Source: Trichodelitschia bisporula (taxonomy: Eukaryota). From it: 64,000 nucleotides of DNA. The position numbers and the translations under genes were made by a program. Where the stretch lies: NCBI GenBank assembly GCA_010356995.1, contig ML996688.1, positions 806,001 to 870,000 of the forward strand, read 5' to 3'. Within the stretch, counting starts at the first letter, position 1; each line of letters begins with the position of its first letter. Below, in pieces: positions 1 through 11,214 of the stretch. Below the pieces are notes generated by a model. That model was not told the origin of the DNA. It saw only the letters and a program-made list of their open reading frames with translations, and ran no database searches.

Positions 1-2
1 CG

Positions 3-3000
3 GTATCCTCTGAAATTTCAGGGCCTGGCGATTACTCCAACGAAGCTCTTTCAACGCTAGATCTCATGCGTGCAGAAGGCGGCAAGTACCGCAAAGCTAT
101 CATCGCAAAGTTGATCCGCGGATTGCCAACCGCTCTATACACTGAGTATCGAGAGTGGGTACTGGCGACATCTGTCAAAATCTTATGTGTCGAAGTTGTG
201 ACAGGCGTCGAGCGGCTCCACAAGCACAGCAAGGAAGAGCAAGAATGGCCGGAGGACTTCATTCGCAGTATCGTCATGGGTCGATTGTACGTGTGCTGGT
301 GCCGCGCAAAAGCGAAGCAATTCAGCCACAAAATTATCGACGGAAAGCTGTATTTCAGTGGACGTGTGGCCACGAATGTCTTGAAAAACATTCTTGAGAA
401 ATGTCCCGGAAACCGAGCTCGTCTGCAGCATTTCTGCCGGTTCATAAAGGACCACGTCTTCGAGCCGTATGAATTTCCCCTCCCTGCACGGCGCATGGTT
501 GCAGAAAGCCAGGAAGGAAAGCAACAACGCCAATACGCCATGGATCATTCGCGGCAGAATGAGGAGAGGACGAAGCTGACCCTGGAGAAAGCGCACGGCA
601 GTCTCAGCCAAACCGGCCACGGGGAAATCATAAATCTGGGCAAGCGGGACCATGAGGAGTTCGTGTACATCAACAAGGCCATCAGTGACCAGATGCCTAA
701 GCACCAACTCGACGGCGTCCGCTTTCTGTGGCGGGAGATTGCCGACCGCGCCGGCACCAAGAACGGCCGTATGCCTGGCTGTCTACTTTCCCATACCATG
801 GGTCTCGGCAAGACTATTCAAGCGATCACCTTGATCATTACGATTGCCGAAACAGTGGCGGCCGGTGGAGACCTCAAAATGCAGCTGGCGAAAGAGCTTC
901 GTGATTCCCAGACACCGGTTCCTCGGACTCTGATTGCTTGCCCGGCGTCTCTGGTCACTAACTGGCTCGCTGAATTTGAAAAGTGGACACCGGACTCGGC
1001 CGAAGCCTCACTTGGGCGTCGGTATGACCTGCGTGACGGTACACATGAAAAGCGCCTTCAGACCGCAGAGGCTTGGTACAACAATGGCGGCGTGCTCTTG
1101 TGCAGTTATGAGCTCTTGCGGGGATGGATTAAGCAGGGCAACCCTAATGTCCCCAAGTCTCACCAAGAGATGGTTTTGAATGGTGCTACTCTTATTGTCG
1201 CCGACGAGGCGCACAATTTTAAGAACGTCACGACCGCTAATGGCATCGCAATGCGTTCGTTCCAGACCAAGTTCCGTGTGGCTCTTACAGGTTCCCCGCT
1301 GTCAAACAACCTCAAAGAGTACCATGCTCTCGTCGACTGGGTCGCCCCAGGGTATCTCGGCCCGGCACGAGAGTTCAACGCTAACTACGTCAAACCCATT
1401 GCGGATGGTCTGTACGCAGAGAGCAGCAAGGCCGAGCTGAGATACGCAATGGTTCGGCTCAAGGCCATCGAAACCTTAATTGCCCCCAAGGTCCATCGGC
1501 GAGGAATGGAGGTCTTGGAGCAAACTCTGCCGCCCAAACAGGATTTTGTGCTTCGCATAGCCCTCACCGCTACCCAGACCGCCCTGTACAAAGCCTACAT
1601 CCGGTTTATAGCCCCGAACTGTCCGGAGGAGGGTGTTGTCCCGAACACAAAGCTCTGGGCGTGGCTGGGAGGCCTCGGCCTCATCGTAAACCACCCTTCG
1701 ATCTTTTGGGGTAATGTTCTAGAGCGGATGAATTCATCGAAGCCAGAGAAGCCTGCAACTTCCCCCCAAGCTCTGGACCAAGCCGATGCCGGAGGATCCG
1801 AGGAGAGTAATAACGACATTAATGCCGGGGACATTGAATCTGATCCGGAGCGCCTCTGGGCGGCCATCAGTCCGGCTCTCGAGATGGTAGGTGACGTCGA
1901 CAATATCACCTTTTCCAACAAAGTGACGATGATGCTCGATATCGTCAAAGGTTCCTTGAAGCTTGGTGACCGGACCATCGTCTTCTCTCAGAGCATCGAT
2001 ACTCTGAACTTCATTGGGTCGGTTCTCAACAAGCATTCCATAGAGTATGCCCGGCTTGACGGACGTGATGCGGTTGCAAAGCGGACGACCATCGTCAGCA
2101 ATTTCAACCGGGGTGTCGGCGATGTCTTCCTCATCTCCACGCGTGCTGGGGGCGTCGGCATCAATATCCCCGGCGCAAACCGCGTGATCTTGTTTGACTC
2201 CAGGTTCAACCCTCAGTGGGAGGAACAGGCTATCGGCAGAGTGTACCGGATGGGGCAGACGAAGCCGGTTTACACGTACCGGTTCGTCACTGAAGGGTCT
2301 TTTGAGCACTTGCAGTACAACAATGCTGTCTACAAGATCCAGTTGGCCTACCGGGTGTTGGAAAATGAGAATCCGATCCCTCAGGCGGTAAAGAGTAGTC
2401 TTTGGTTCTTCGATCCAAAGCCGGCTAGGTACAAGCCTCTGGAGGCTCTCGCGTTAAATGACACTGTTCTCGAGGACATCGTGCAGCGCGATGCCCGACT
2501 GCTAGAGGACGAGAAGCGCCTGAGCAACATCGAGTTTTCGTCGACGCTGAAGCAAGTTTCGACCGATTGTCTCACTGAGGAAGAAGTTCAGGAGGCTCGG
2601 AAGCTTGCCCTCCAGAGGGATCAGCTGATTCCTCCCGGTCCGGGCGCTCCAACTGGTCGAGCGGCTGCAAATTCAGCCCAATCGACCACTATGGGTACCG
2701 GACAACAGTACCCGAATCCCGCTAGCTCTTCGGCTCATGAACGCCGTGTGTCGTACGGAAACCACCCGACAACGTATCACTCTGATAATCCGGGCCCGAG
2801 CACGACTTCGTGGTTCTTCTCGTCCACTCTTGCGGGCGCGTATGGCCAGGATACCGGCTTCCCTGCGCATCCATTCTCACCACCCGGAACCCCTGGCTAT
2901 CAAGCCACCTATGGCCAGGGTTTCGCTCCAGCTAGTCGGACGAATGGCAACGATGCTCTTGATCCGAGTGTCAACGCATACGCCAACTCCCACCGGGGGC

Positions 3001-3107
3001 TCAGTCCGAACGCATATCCTCCGCAAGGTCGTAGTACCGACAGGAATGCTTCGAACGGTCGTAGCCCTAACGACTACGGTCAGGACCACGGCGGTTCGGG
3101 GGAGTAG
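3..3107 (+). CDS. SNF2-family chromatin-remodelling ATPase (ATRX/ARIP4-like), probably 5'-truncated by the window edge
   Basis: 1013-aa ORF whose frame stays open back to position 3. Motifs: HQLDGVRFLW, HTMGLGKT (Walker A), VADEAH (Walker B), LTGSPLSNNL, ISTRAGGVGIN, QAIGRVYRMGQ. Low-complexity C-terminal tail. Confidence 0.9.
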   Translation, partial: VSSEISGPGDYSNEALSTLDLMRAEGGKYRKAIIAKLIRGLPTALYTEYREWVLATSVKILCVEVVTGVERLHKHSKEEQEWPEDFIRSIVMGRLYVCWCRAKAKQFSHKIIDGKLYFSGRVATNVLKNILEKCPGNRARLQHFCRFIKDHVFEPYEFPLPARRMVAESQEGKQQRQYAMDHSRQNEERTKLTLEKAHGSLSQTGHGEIINLGKRDHEEFVYINKAISDQMPKHQLDGVRFLWREIADRAGTKNGRMPGCLLSHTMGLGKTIQAITLIITIAETVAAGGDLKMQLAKELRDSQTPVPRTLIACPASLVTNWLAEFEKWTPDSAEASLGRRYDLRDGTHEKRLQTAEAWYNNGGVLLCSYELLRGWIKQGNPNVPKSHQEMVLNGATLIVADEAHNFKNVTTANGIAMRSFQTKFRVALTGSPLSNNLKEYHALVDWVAPGYLGPAREFNANYVKPIADGLYAESSKAELRYAMVRLKAIETLIAPKVHRRGMEVLEQTLPPKQDFVLRIALTATQTALYKAYIRFIAPNCPEEGVVPNTKLWAWLGGLGLIVNHPSIFWGNVLERMNSSKPEKPATSPQALDQADAGGSEESNNDINAGDIESDPERLWAAISPALEMVGDVDNITFSNKVTMMLDIVKGSLKLGDRTIVFSQSIDTLNFIGSVLNKHSIEYARLDGRDAVAKRTTIVSNFNRGVGDVFLISTRAGGVGINIPGANRVILFDSRFNPQWEEQAIGRVYRMGQTKPVYTYRFVTEGSFEHLQYNNAVYKIQLAYRVLENENPIPQAVKSSLWFFDPKPARYKPLEALALNDTVLEDIVQRDARLLEDEKRLSNIEFSSTLKQVSTDCLTEEEVQEARKLALQRDQLIPPGPGAPTGRAAANSAQSTTMGTGQQYPNPASSSAHERRVSYGNHPTTYHSDNPGPSTTSWFFSSTLAGAYGQDTGFPAHPFSPPGTPGYQATYGQGFAPASRTNGNDALDPSVNAYANSHRGLSPNAYPPQGRSTDRNASNGRSPNDYGQDHGGSGE

Positions 3108-4454
3108 TCGTGGTCGCAAGGGTCAGGCTGAACTTCGCAAAGCTTCACCATCAACTGTTAGCACTCGCATTATTCTGTTTGTTTGTTTTTCGGGGCGTAC
3201 TGGACATGGGCATTGATACCCGGCAGTGTATGCCATGGTGGGAGGTGTCGCGTTTAAAGGAGTTCGTGGTCATGGTAGAATGACGAGTTATGTGTAGAAG
3301 GCGAAGTGCAGGATTCAGCATCTTGCGACGGATGTCACGTTCTCGGACATCTTCGATGGCGGTTCGATATGATCATCTGCAAATGCGTTGAGGCATATAG
3401 ACGACGGCCGCCTTTAGGGTCTGGCTGTAATCTGAGTTTCAACACCTCCGTCAATGGTAATGCGTCAGTGAATCTGGTCAATGTGATGTAGAACCTAGTC
3501 GGGGGAAATGGGAGGTAAAGTCATCGGTCCTCGAGGATCTACTAGCGTTCGGCCCAGTCTACTACCGTGTTTCGTCATGTTGTTGCGATTCCCATAATAC
3601 TATTTCGTACCATGGGAAAGCGCGTCCAGCAAGTTGGATGCCCAAAGCGGACAAGCGGATGATCGCCAAGCTCGGGTGGCTTGCATCAGGTTGAGCCTCT
3701 CGCCGACGGCAACTCCGATGCTTGACCACTTCACAGGCCAACAACACTACAAGTCACCATCGTTGCAGCCGCTTTTCTCCCGCCCTTACCGTCTTAGTGG
3801 CCGGTAATTGACATCTTGCCACTTGCGACGACAACTGCGACCAAGGACACGCGGGATATGGGGGATCAGAGCGCGTCGGGCTGCTTCTCCCCTCGGTGCG
3901 CTCCCGTCTAAGGGCTGGGAGATGCGCTGCTAAGCACCTTCGCTTTGTTGCTGTCAGAGCTGTTGGTGCTGCTGCTGGGGTTGGTCGCTTCTGTAGAGCG
4001 GACTCCTCTTGTCCGGTGTGTTGTGGGAGACAAGAGACGGGACGTGTGGCTTGCCTGGTTGCTGCCTTGTGTGAGTGCGCGCGTGAGCTGTTGTTGGTTA
4101 AGCGTTGGGGTGTCTACGCGATATTGTGTTTGATGTAAGGTCACGTCGACAATGCGAGTAATGAGGTCATGGGCTAACTGTTGTTCCAGACGCCTTCCCT
4201 CTCTCTGCGCTTACGTTTGCCCCCTCCGTCACCCTCCTTTCTCCGAGTCCTTACAACCAACGTACCACATACCTGCCTTCGCATCTCAACACCGCCATAA
4301 CTCTTCCAATAACAAACATCTGTCCTGCGCATTCCGCTCCTCCCATCTGCGTCCCGCACCTTCATCCTTACCTTGGCGAGGCTGTAGCGCCCAGCGTCCG
4401 CGCTTCGCATCCCAATATCTCGCCTGACTTCTGTTGCATACCCTGGAAACAGCC

Positions 4455-5648
4455 ATGGCAGATCACGAGATGGTTGTGTCGGCCTCCAGCCTTTCGGAAG
4501 TGGTATGTTGTCTCATCCGCCACAGAGTGTGGCTACAACGTATCGTGCACTAACACGCGAAGATCCCCCAGATCTTTGAAGATGTCCTACATGCTCTGAT
4601 CCACGACATAGTTCTGGAAACACACCGCGCTGAGAAGACCGCGCGGATGACCTCTGCCGCAGTTCGGGCCGAGATTTTGGCCTCACAGGCCTCGGGTGTC
4701 CCTGCAACCCCGACACTTGGCGGCGGTACGAAGTCGTCAAATGGACCACCGCAGGGTATCCTACCTGTTCCAGGCGGCACCTACGAGAATGGCAAGGTGA
4801 TGCTGAAGGGCAACCCTTTGGAGAACATAACAGAGGACTGGTGTCCGCACTGCAAACTCCCGCGCTTGATGTTCCCAGCCATCGGCGTCGGCTCACGGTT
4901 ACCCGAGAATCCACACCCACAATACTGCACGCTGCACCCTTTCATCCAAAAACCCGGCCACGACATCTACGGCAACCCCTTCCCCATCGATCAAACAAAC
5001 AAGACCAAGCGCGAGCGCGAGTTGATAAAGAAAGCCGAGCGCGCGGAAAAGGAAAACACCCCCGGTAGCCAGGACACTAACGAAGATGGTACTGCACCTG
5101 GTGGCGAAGCCATAGCCAAGCGCCTCATGGCCGGCGGCAAGCCTGCTAGCTACGTCCCTTGGCATACGTGCCCGCTTTGCAAGCGCTCCCTGCTTATCAC
5201 CAAGTTCGCACAACATCTAGAGAAGTGCCTCGGCATCGGTGGGCGCGCGGCGCGGAACACTGCTGCCGCGCGCCTGAGCAGCATGAATGGGAGCGTCAGC
5301 GGCAGTGTGCAGGGCAGTCGCGTCGGCACGCCGGTTCCTAGCTTGCTTGCCCGGAAGGACGCAGAGGACGAGGAGGCGCAAGATGATGGCGGCGCGGGGC
5401 CTACCAAGAAGAAAAAGAAGGAGACGAAGAAGGAGCGTGAGAGGAAGAATGGCGCTGAGCCGAAGGAGAAGCTTGTGCTTAAGGTTGGGAAGGTCAAGAA
5501 GGCCAAGGCTGATGCTGATAATAAGGGGAACAAGCGGGAACGGGATGAAGATAAGGAGCCTGGTGGCTTGAGCAAGAAGATCAAGTTGGGCCAGTCGGGC
5601 GCTGCTGCTGCGGCGAAGAGGGATGCTGAGGAGGGGCAGAGCTCTTGA
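4455..5648 (+). CDS. SGF11: SAGA deubiquitination-module subunit Sgf11
   Basis: Exons 4455-4502 and about 4563-5648 (GTATGT donor, CTAAC branch). N-terminal helix IFEDVLHALIHDIVLETHR, Sgf11 zinc finger CPLCKRSLLITKFAQHLEKCLG, Lys-rich tail. Confidence 0.85.
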
Positions 5649-6690
5649 GCGACGATTAATCGCAGTGAAGCCTATAGGGGCTTATGTGATGGACCGCATT
5701 CTGAGGGCTAGGGACGCTGGACTTTTCATGTACCGATAATGGCCCGTGTGCGCTTTTCTTTTCTCGTTTCGCAGATTCAGGGCTATGAGGTGGGCGTCGA
5801 GGGGAGCGTGTGTCAACGATCAGATCAGCATTCAGCGGCATAGTGTTTTCGGCAAGGCTTTCAAAGGGCACTGGTTTTTCTTTTCCGGGAGGAAGGAGCG
5901 ACTCGGGGTTAGGAATGGCGTTTTTTCTATTGCGTTTCGGGGTAGGGAAGGGGTGATTGTACGACTACATGCGAGAGACTATTGCTTTACCTTACTGATC
6001 CTGGGATTGTGTGCTGGTTACAATGGTTTTAGGAATGAAGTGGCTAATGACCCTTTTGACATTCTGAGCGGTTGACGGGTGCGAGATGGGATGTTCGGCA
6101 TGATGGCCGGTCAGAAGCCGTTGGATTCTGACCGCGAGGCCCGGGGAATGTCCGTTCTACCGGCAGTCACTGTACTCAGGTTTACGGTTCGACGACCCGT
6201 TGAAGAGCCTCGTTATAATAGAGATGCAGCTCGCAACCGGCGGACGAGCAAAGACTGTATCACGCTTACACGAGAGGCACGATTGACCAAGGGCCCCATA
6301 AATTACCATCGACACAGCAAAGTCTCGCGGCCAATACAACAATCCCCTCATCTCTGTGTGAACAACGGCTAACAATGAAGCTCCAGTACATATGCATAGG
6401 GCGATAGCCCTTCCTGGTAGGAATGGTAAACGCTGACGCATAGTCCGAGACCGCCACCTCCAATTCCCCTGTGATCTTGCAGGCGCTAGGCTCGTCGACA
6501 TTTGCCGCTTTAACTATCGGAAGAGTCTCAGTAACGCTATCAACTGCCATAAGCACCCAGGGCTCTGTAACCATGGTGGAATCGGGTACATTGACAGCCT
6601 TTATAGACATTATCTTGTCGAAGGATGAAGAAGTGTAGAGAACCAGAAGAATGTATATGCATATCAATATACGACTGCTGGTGCTAAGCG

Positions 6691-7100
6691 TCAGTAAAGG
6701 TTTATAAGTCGGCATGACCAGCAACGTACCTTTAATGATATATGTCGATTAGAACTAGTCCTGTCGATCGTTGCAGAGCATACGAAGAAGCAAACGCGTT
6801 CCTGGCAAAGTTGTCGGATCTCACTGATCTTTGTGTACTCCTTTCGGAAGTCCTTCCAGGACGACGTCTCATGGCATTCGTCGATCGCGATGATGCCTAG
6901 ACGCCTCTGAAACACGGGATGTCGAAACAAACCCTCACCTAGGACAAGTTCATAGAGCTCACGGGAGATAACGATGTTGGCAATAGATGGGAATTGTTCT
7001 CGTAGGCCTAAGCTCAATGGGTAAGAGGCGAGCAAATATATCGATGTATCGGACTCAGATGGGGAAACATACTTTATATACCTTCCACGAGACTCTGCTT
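6691..7100 (-). pseudogene. Decayed RecQ-like (SF2) helicase fragment, possibly a transposon relic
   Basis: Translation gives IAIDECHETSSWKDFRKEYTKI (RecQ motif II plus aromatic loop) and CSATI (motif III). A frameshifted SPL..LSLGLREQ (motif Ia-like) lies upstream. No intact Walker A or C-terminal helicase domain. Confidence 0.65.
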
Positions 7101-8370
7101 GACAATAAAGCGGGAAGCTTCCAGGTATGGGATCCTAGGCAACTAGGATGCCAGGTAGATAGAGCGCTGTGGGCTTTGCAGAAAGAGTGGTTATAACCCC
7201 GTCAAAAGAGATTGATCGATACTGAAGAGAGGATGTTGTATGTGCGTGTGGTTTGCAACAAAGACGTCGTCATTCACGGAGCACAGACCATCGAAACAGC
7301 CATTTTCCGGGCTCGGAACAACGCAAGGCTGAGCGTACAGGCTCCACTCTTTGCGAAACCCCGACGGTCGTCATTGCCATTTGTACACTGGCATATGCTC
7401 CTGCCCTTTAGATGGGTACGTGACTCAGTTGTCAGCTCTTTGCTGTGACATGCGACTTGTTGTTGACAGCACTCGGCTGGCGAGCCCGTCATACAGCACA
7501 AACATCTCGTCACGACGCCCGCTAAAATCCGTACCGACAACGAGAAAATGATAGAGGATTTCAGTCCAATTCACAATCACGCAGAGCAGTAAATATGTGC
7601 TTGATGTCTTGCTCATTTCTATCATAGCCTGGATCGTGACACGTCGTCGCAACATGATCCATCTACCGCTCAGTTTCTCGATAAACCACAGCTTCCGCCT
7701 CAACGAGACAATCCACCAAAGCACAAATCCGAACTGCCGCAATCGAAAAGTGACCACGCACCCCCGCTTGCGCATGTAAAGCAGACCGCAACTGAGGACA
7801 TCGAACGTGGTAGTTTTGCTAAAAAGCTGAAAGTCAGTCAAACCGTAAACCAAGCAACCCGTCCATTTTCAACAATCCATCAAACCCAAGACGAAATGGC
7901 AAAGCCCGATAATCGTGTCCGAAATCGGCGGCATATAATGCATCTGAACCAAAGAGTCTCCAGTCGCTTCCAACTCACGTACTTGCAAAACCGCATACAT
8001 TCCATGTCTCGTCATGTCCGAACACAAGCATAGCTCTTCTCAATCATGTTCTCCGATAAATGCGCCCAGATGGAGCACCATGCCAGTTGTCTGCCATCGA
8101 AAACAACAAGGATGCAGAAACAGCGCCGAGACTTAACGCACAGTCAGTACGATTATCTCTGAGCCCGCCCATAAGCCATATCTCATGTAGGTATGAGTGG
8201 ACCAGGCGGAAAGATTACAAAGGGTATATCGAGATTTTCGGAGAATACGAGAAAGGACAAGCCGTGACAGCGTAAAGAGTCGGCTGCCCCCCGGGGCAAA
8301 CAGCACTCACATCCAGAGAACAATTGAACTCCTAATCAAGAGGGGTATCAAGGCGATCAAAGAAGATGAG

Positions 8371-11214
8371 CTAATGGCCGCTCTTGCTCCGGAAGGCAAG
8401 GAGCCGAGCCAAGCTCTCACGCGGACAACCGTTCTGGAGGAAGTCATGGCGGATCAGCTCGTCAGCAGTAGCGCGAGCCTTGACATCGACGCAGAGGCAG
8501 ACGCTCAGGAAAGCCTTGAGTTCCTTGGAAAGCTTTTCCGGCTTCTTGAGACGCGGCGTGCCGTGCGTGGCGATGAGGTACAGCGCCTTGAGCGGCTCTT
8601 CGTTCAGGTATGGCGGTTCGGACTCAATCATCTCGATCGCCATGATCCCCAGAGACCAGATGTCGACCTTGCTGCCGTACTCCTTCTGCTTAACAACCTC
8701 AGGAGCCATCCAATACGGGGTGCCAACCATGGTCGCACGCTTGCTGCGCTGCTCAGTGAGCTTGGCACAGAAACCGAAGTCGGCTAGAAACGGTTAGCGC
8801 TGGTCAGTTTCAGGATCCATGAGAACTTACTGATCTTGACATTTCCCTTGGCATCCAGAAGGACGTTGTCGCTCTTGATATCACGGTGAATGATGTTCTG
8901 CGCATGGAGATGAGCCAGGCCCTTGCATGTCTGGGATTTTGTTAGTTGAGATCGTAGCATCAACAGATAAACGTACCTCTAAGCAGACAGTCGCTATCTG
9001 GTCCTCGGTAATCGTAGTGTTGTTGTCAATCACATCGGTAAGGGCACCGCCCTCCATGAACTCCATGACAACCCACAGCTCAGATTGCTCCTCCTGCAAG
9101 AAGGCATCCAGGAAGTTGACGATGTTGTCGTGGCGGCTCTCTTTCATGACGATGATTTCGTTGACGATAAGTTCCTTGCGCGGCTGGTTGCGCAGATCCA
9201 TCTGCTTGATCGCAACCTGAGCCTTCGGGCCCTGCTCCCTTACGATCTTGCGGGCCATGGGAGAGGTCGCGTTCTCGCGAATGCGAGCGACATAGACTGA
9301 GCCGGATGCACCCTGTCCGATCTTCTTTTGCTTGTTGTAGGAATCAAGAGGGCGCTCTTTCGAGACAACCTCCCGCAGCTTGGCCATCACTTCAGCCTCG
9401 GTCATGCTCGACATGCGGACCTCCTTGCGACCACTACCGCCACCATCATCCTTGCGCGTAAGAGCCTGTTCCGCCTTCTTGACAGCTTCATTCGGGGTCG
9501 GGGGGTATGCGGCATTGGGCTGCTTATTGGCGACATTAAGCGGCTTCGGGGGGGTGGCTGCAGGGATGCGGCTTGGCTGCGAACCCTGGGAAGAGCCGCT
9601 GTTCGGCTGGCGCGGAGAAGACACAGCGGTTGAACCAGAGTACTTCGAACCGGACGACGATGGGGGCTGACGGGTGCTAGAACCTTGAGACACCTTGTTT
9701 GGCGGGGTTGTCTTGGCATAAGCTGAAGCGTTGTTTGATGTAGGCGCGGATGGAGCGGGGCGCTGCGCCGTAAGATTGGGCCGAACTGCACCGGGCTGCG
9801 GCTGGGGCTTGTTCATCTGGGGAGCTGATGGAGCAGGCCGAGTAGGGTTGTACCGATCAGGCTGGCTCCGAGGGGGTTCGTCACCGACATACCCACCAAT
9901 CTCCTGCTGCGCAAGGGGGGTGCGCGTCTTCGGAATGGAGGCATTGAAGGCTTCCTGCTCCTCACGGTCGCGCCGCTCCTGCTCCCGACGGTCCTGCTCG
10001 CGCTTCCGAGCTTCCTCCATCCGACGCTTCTCCATGCGTGCCTGCGCTTCCTTCTCGGCTTGGACGTAGGCGGCCTTTTCATCATACTGGTTGTACTTAT
10101 CAGGCTTGTTGGATCCGAAGCTCTCCTGCCGATTCATCCCAAAGCTCTCCTGGCGGTTCATGCCGAAGCTCTCCTGGCGCTGGAAACCCTGAGGTGGAGC
10201 AGGTCGAGGAGGGGCGATGCTGTTGCCGGTACCGGAGTATCCCAGCTGCTTGTTTGGCTGCGGTTCCAGAGGTGGGGTCGGAGTGAGGCTAGGGTAGGTG
10301 GCGGGATCATCCGCGCGCTTCATCAGGTTCTCTGTGTAGAAGTTGAGGACCTCAACGACAACCTCCGGGTTCTTCTGGTATTCCTCCTTCGTGATAGCGG
10401 AGGCATTGAGCAGGCGCTCCCACTCGGGAGGGAGGCCAACAAAGGCGCCGCTCTTCGGATCGAAACCGACATGGACTCTATGCGTAAAGTTCGTCGGATT
10501 GCTCACACCTCCCAGACTAGGGCAGCGCTGGTAGATGGAGTCAATCCAGGAGTAGACGTCGTCGTCGGTCTCTACCTTGCAGATAGTGACGCGAGATGGA
10601 CCATCGCGCGGAGGAGTAGCTGAGTTACCTGGAGCCGTCGAGCGCGTAATCTCGAAAGAGTACGGGTGGACTTCTGAGCGCTGGATCGCAAGTACATCCC
10701 GAAGCTGGATCGTGAAGGCGATTTTGGGCGAGTTGTTGTTCTTCAAGAAGTCCAGCTGGAACTCCCGGAGGACAAGGAAACGGTCGTTCCATACCAAACC
10801 ACGGAGGATTCCACCTTCTTCCTTCACCTTGGCGAAGCCATCCTTGACCACGGCGTACGTCCCGCTACCGCCCTTCTCGGTCTGCGAACGGAGCAGCGAT
10901 GTCTGAGAACCGTTGGCCGAAGTAGGAGTCTGAAGGGAGAGCGCGGACAGGCTGCCTGGCAGAGAGGAAACTGACGGGGTGAGGGCCAGGCGGGGTTTTT
11001 GGGGGGGTTGGGGCGCCGGTCCCGGATTCATGAACTGGTTAGGCGAGTACAAACTGTACATGCCAAAGTTTGTCAGCACAATGTATTCTCGAGCCAGACG
11101 GCAGTATCAGTTCCTCGCATTTGCGACATCGTCGACGATTGAGATGCTCCGCCGACCTCGACTTCACAGGATGCGCGACCGGGGGGAAATCACTCACGTG
11201 TTAGAGGACGCCAT
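8371..11214 (-). CDS. CLA4: PAK/STE20-family kinase Cla4 (PH + CRIB + kinase)
   Basis: Exons 11214-11198, 11053-8977, 8930-8831 and 8783-8371 splice in frame. PH domain, [50 protein letters not shown]. Confidence 0.96.
10109..10180 (-). repeat. Three tandem 24-bp coding repeats ([24 protein letters not shown]) in CLA4
   Basis: Directly visible in both DNA and translation. Confidence 0.9.

Noticed and set aside
3908..4144. Low-complexity 78-aa minus-strand ORF upstream of SGF11
   Set aside because: No ATG start or domain; consistent with a GT-biased promoter or UTR tract.
8197..8787. 196-aa plus-strand ORF
   Set aside because: Antisense shadow of the CLA4 kinase exon with no recognisable motifs.
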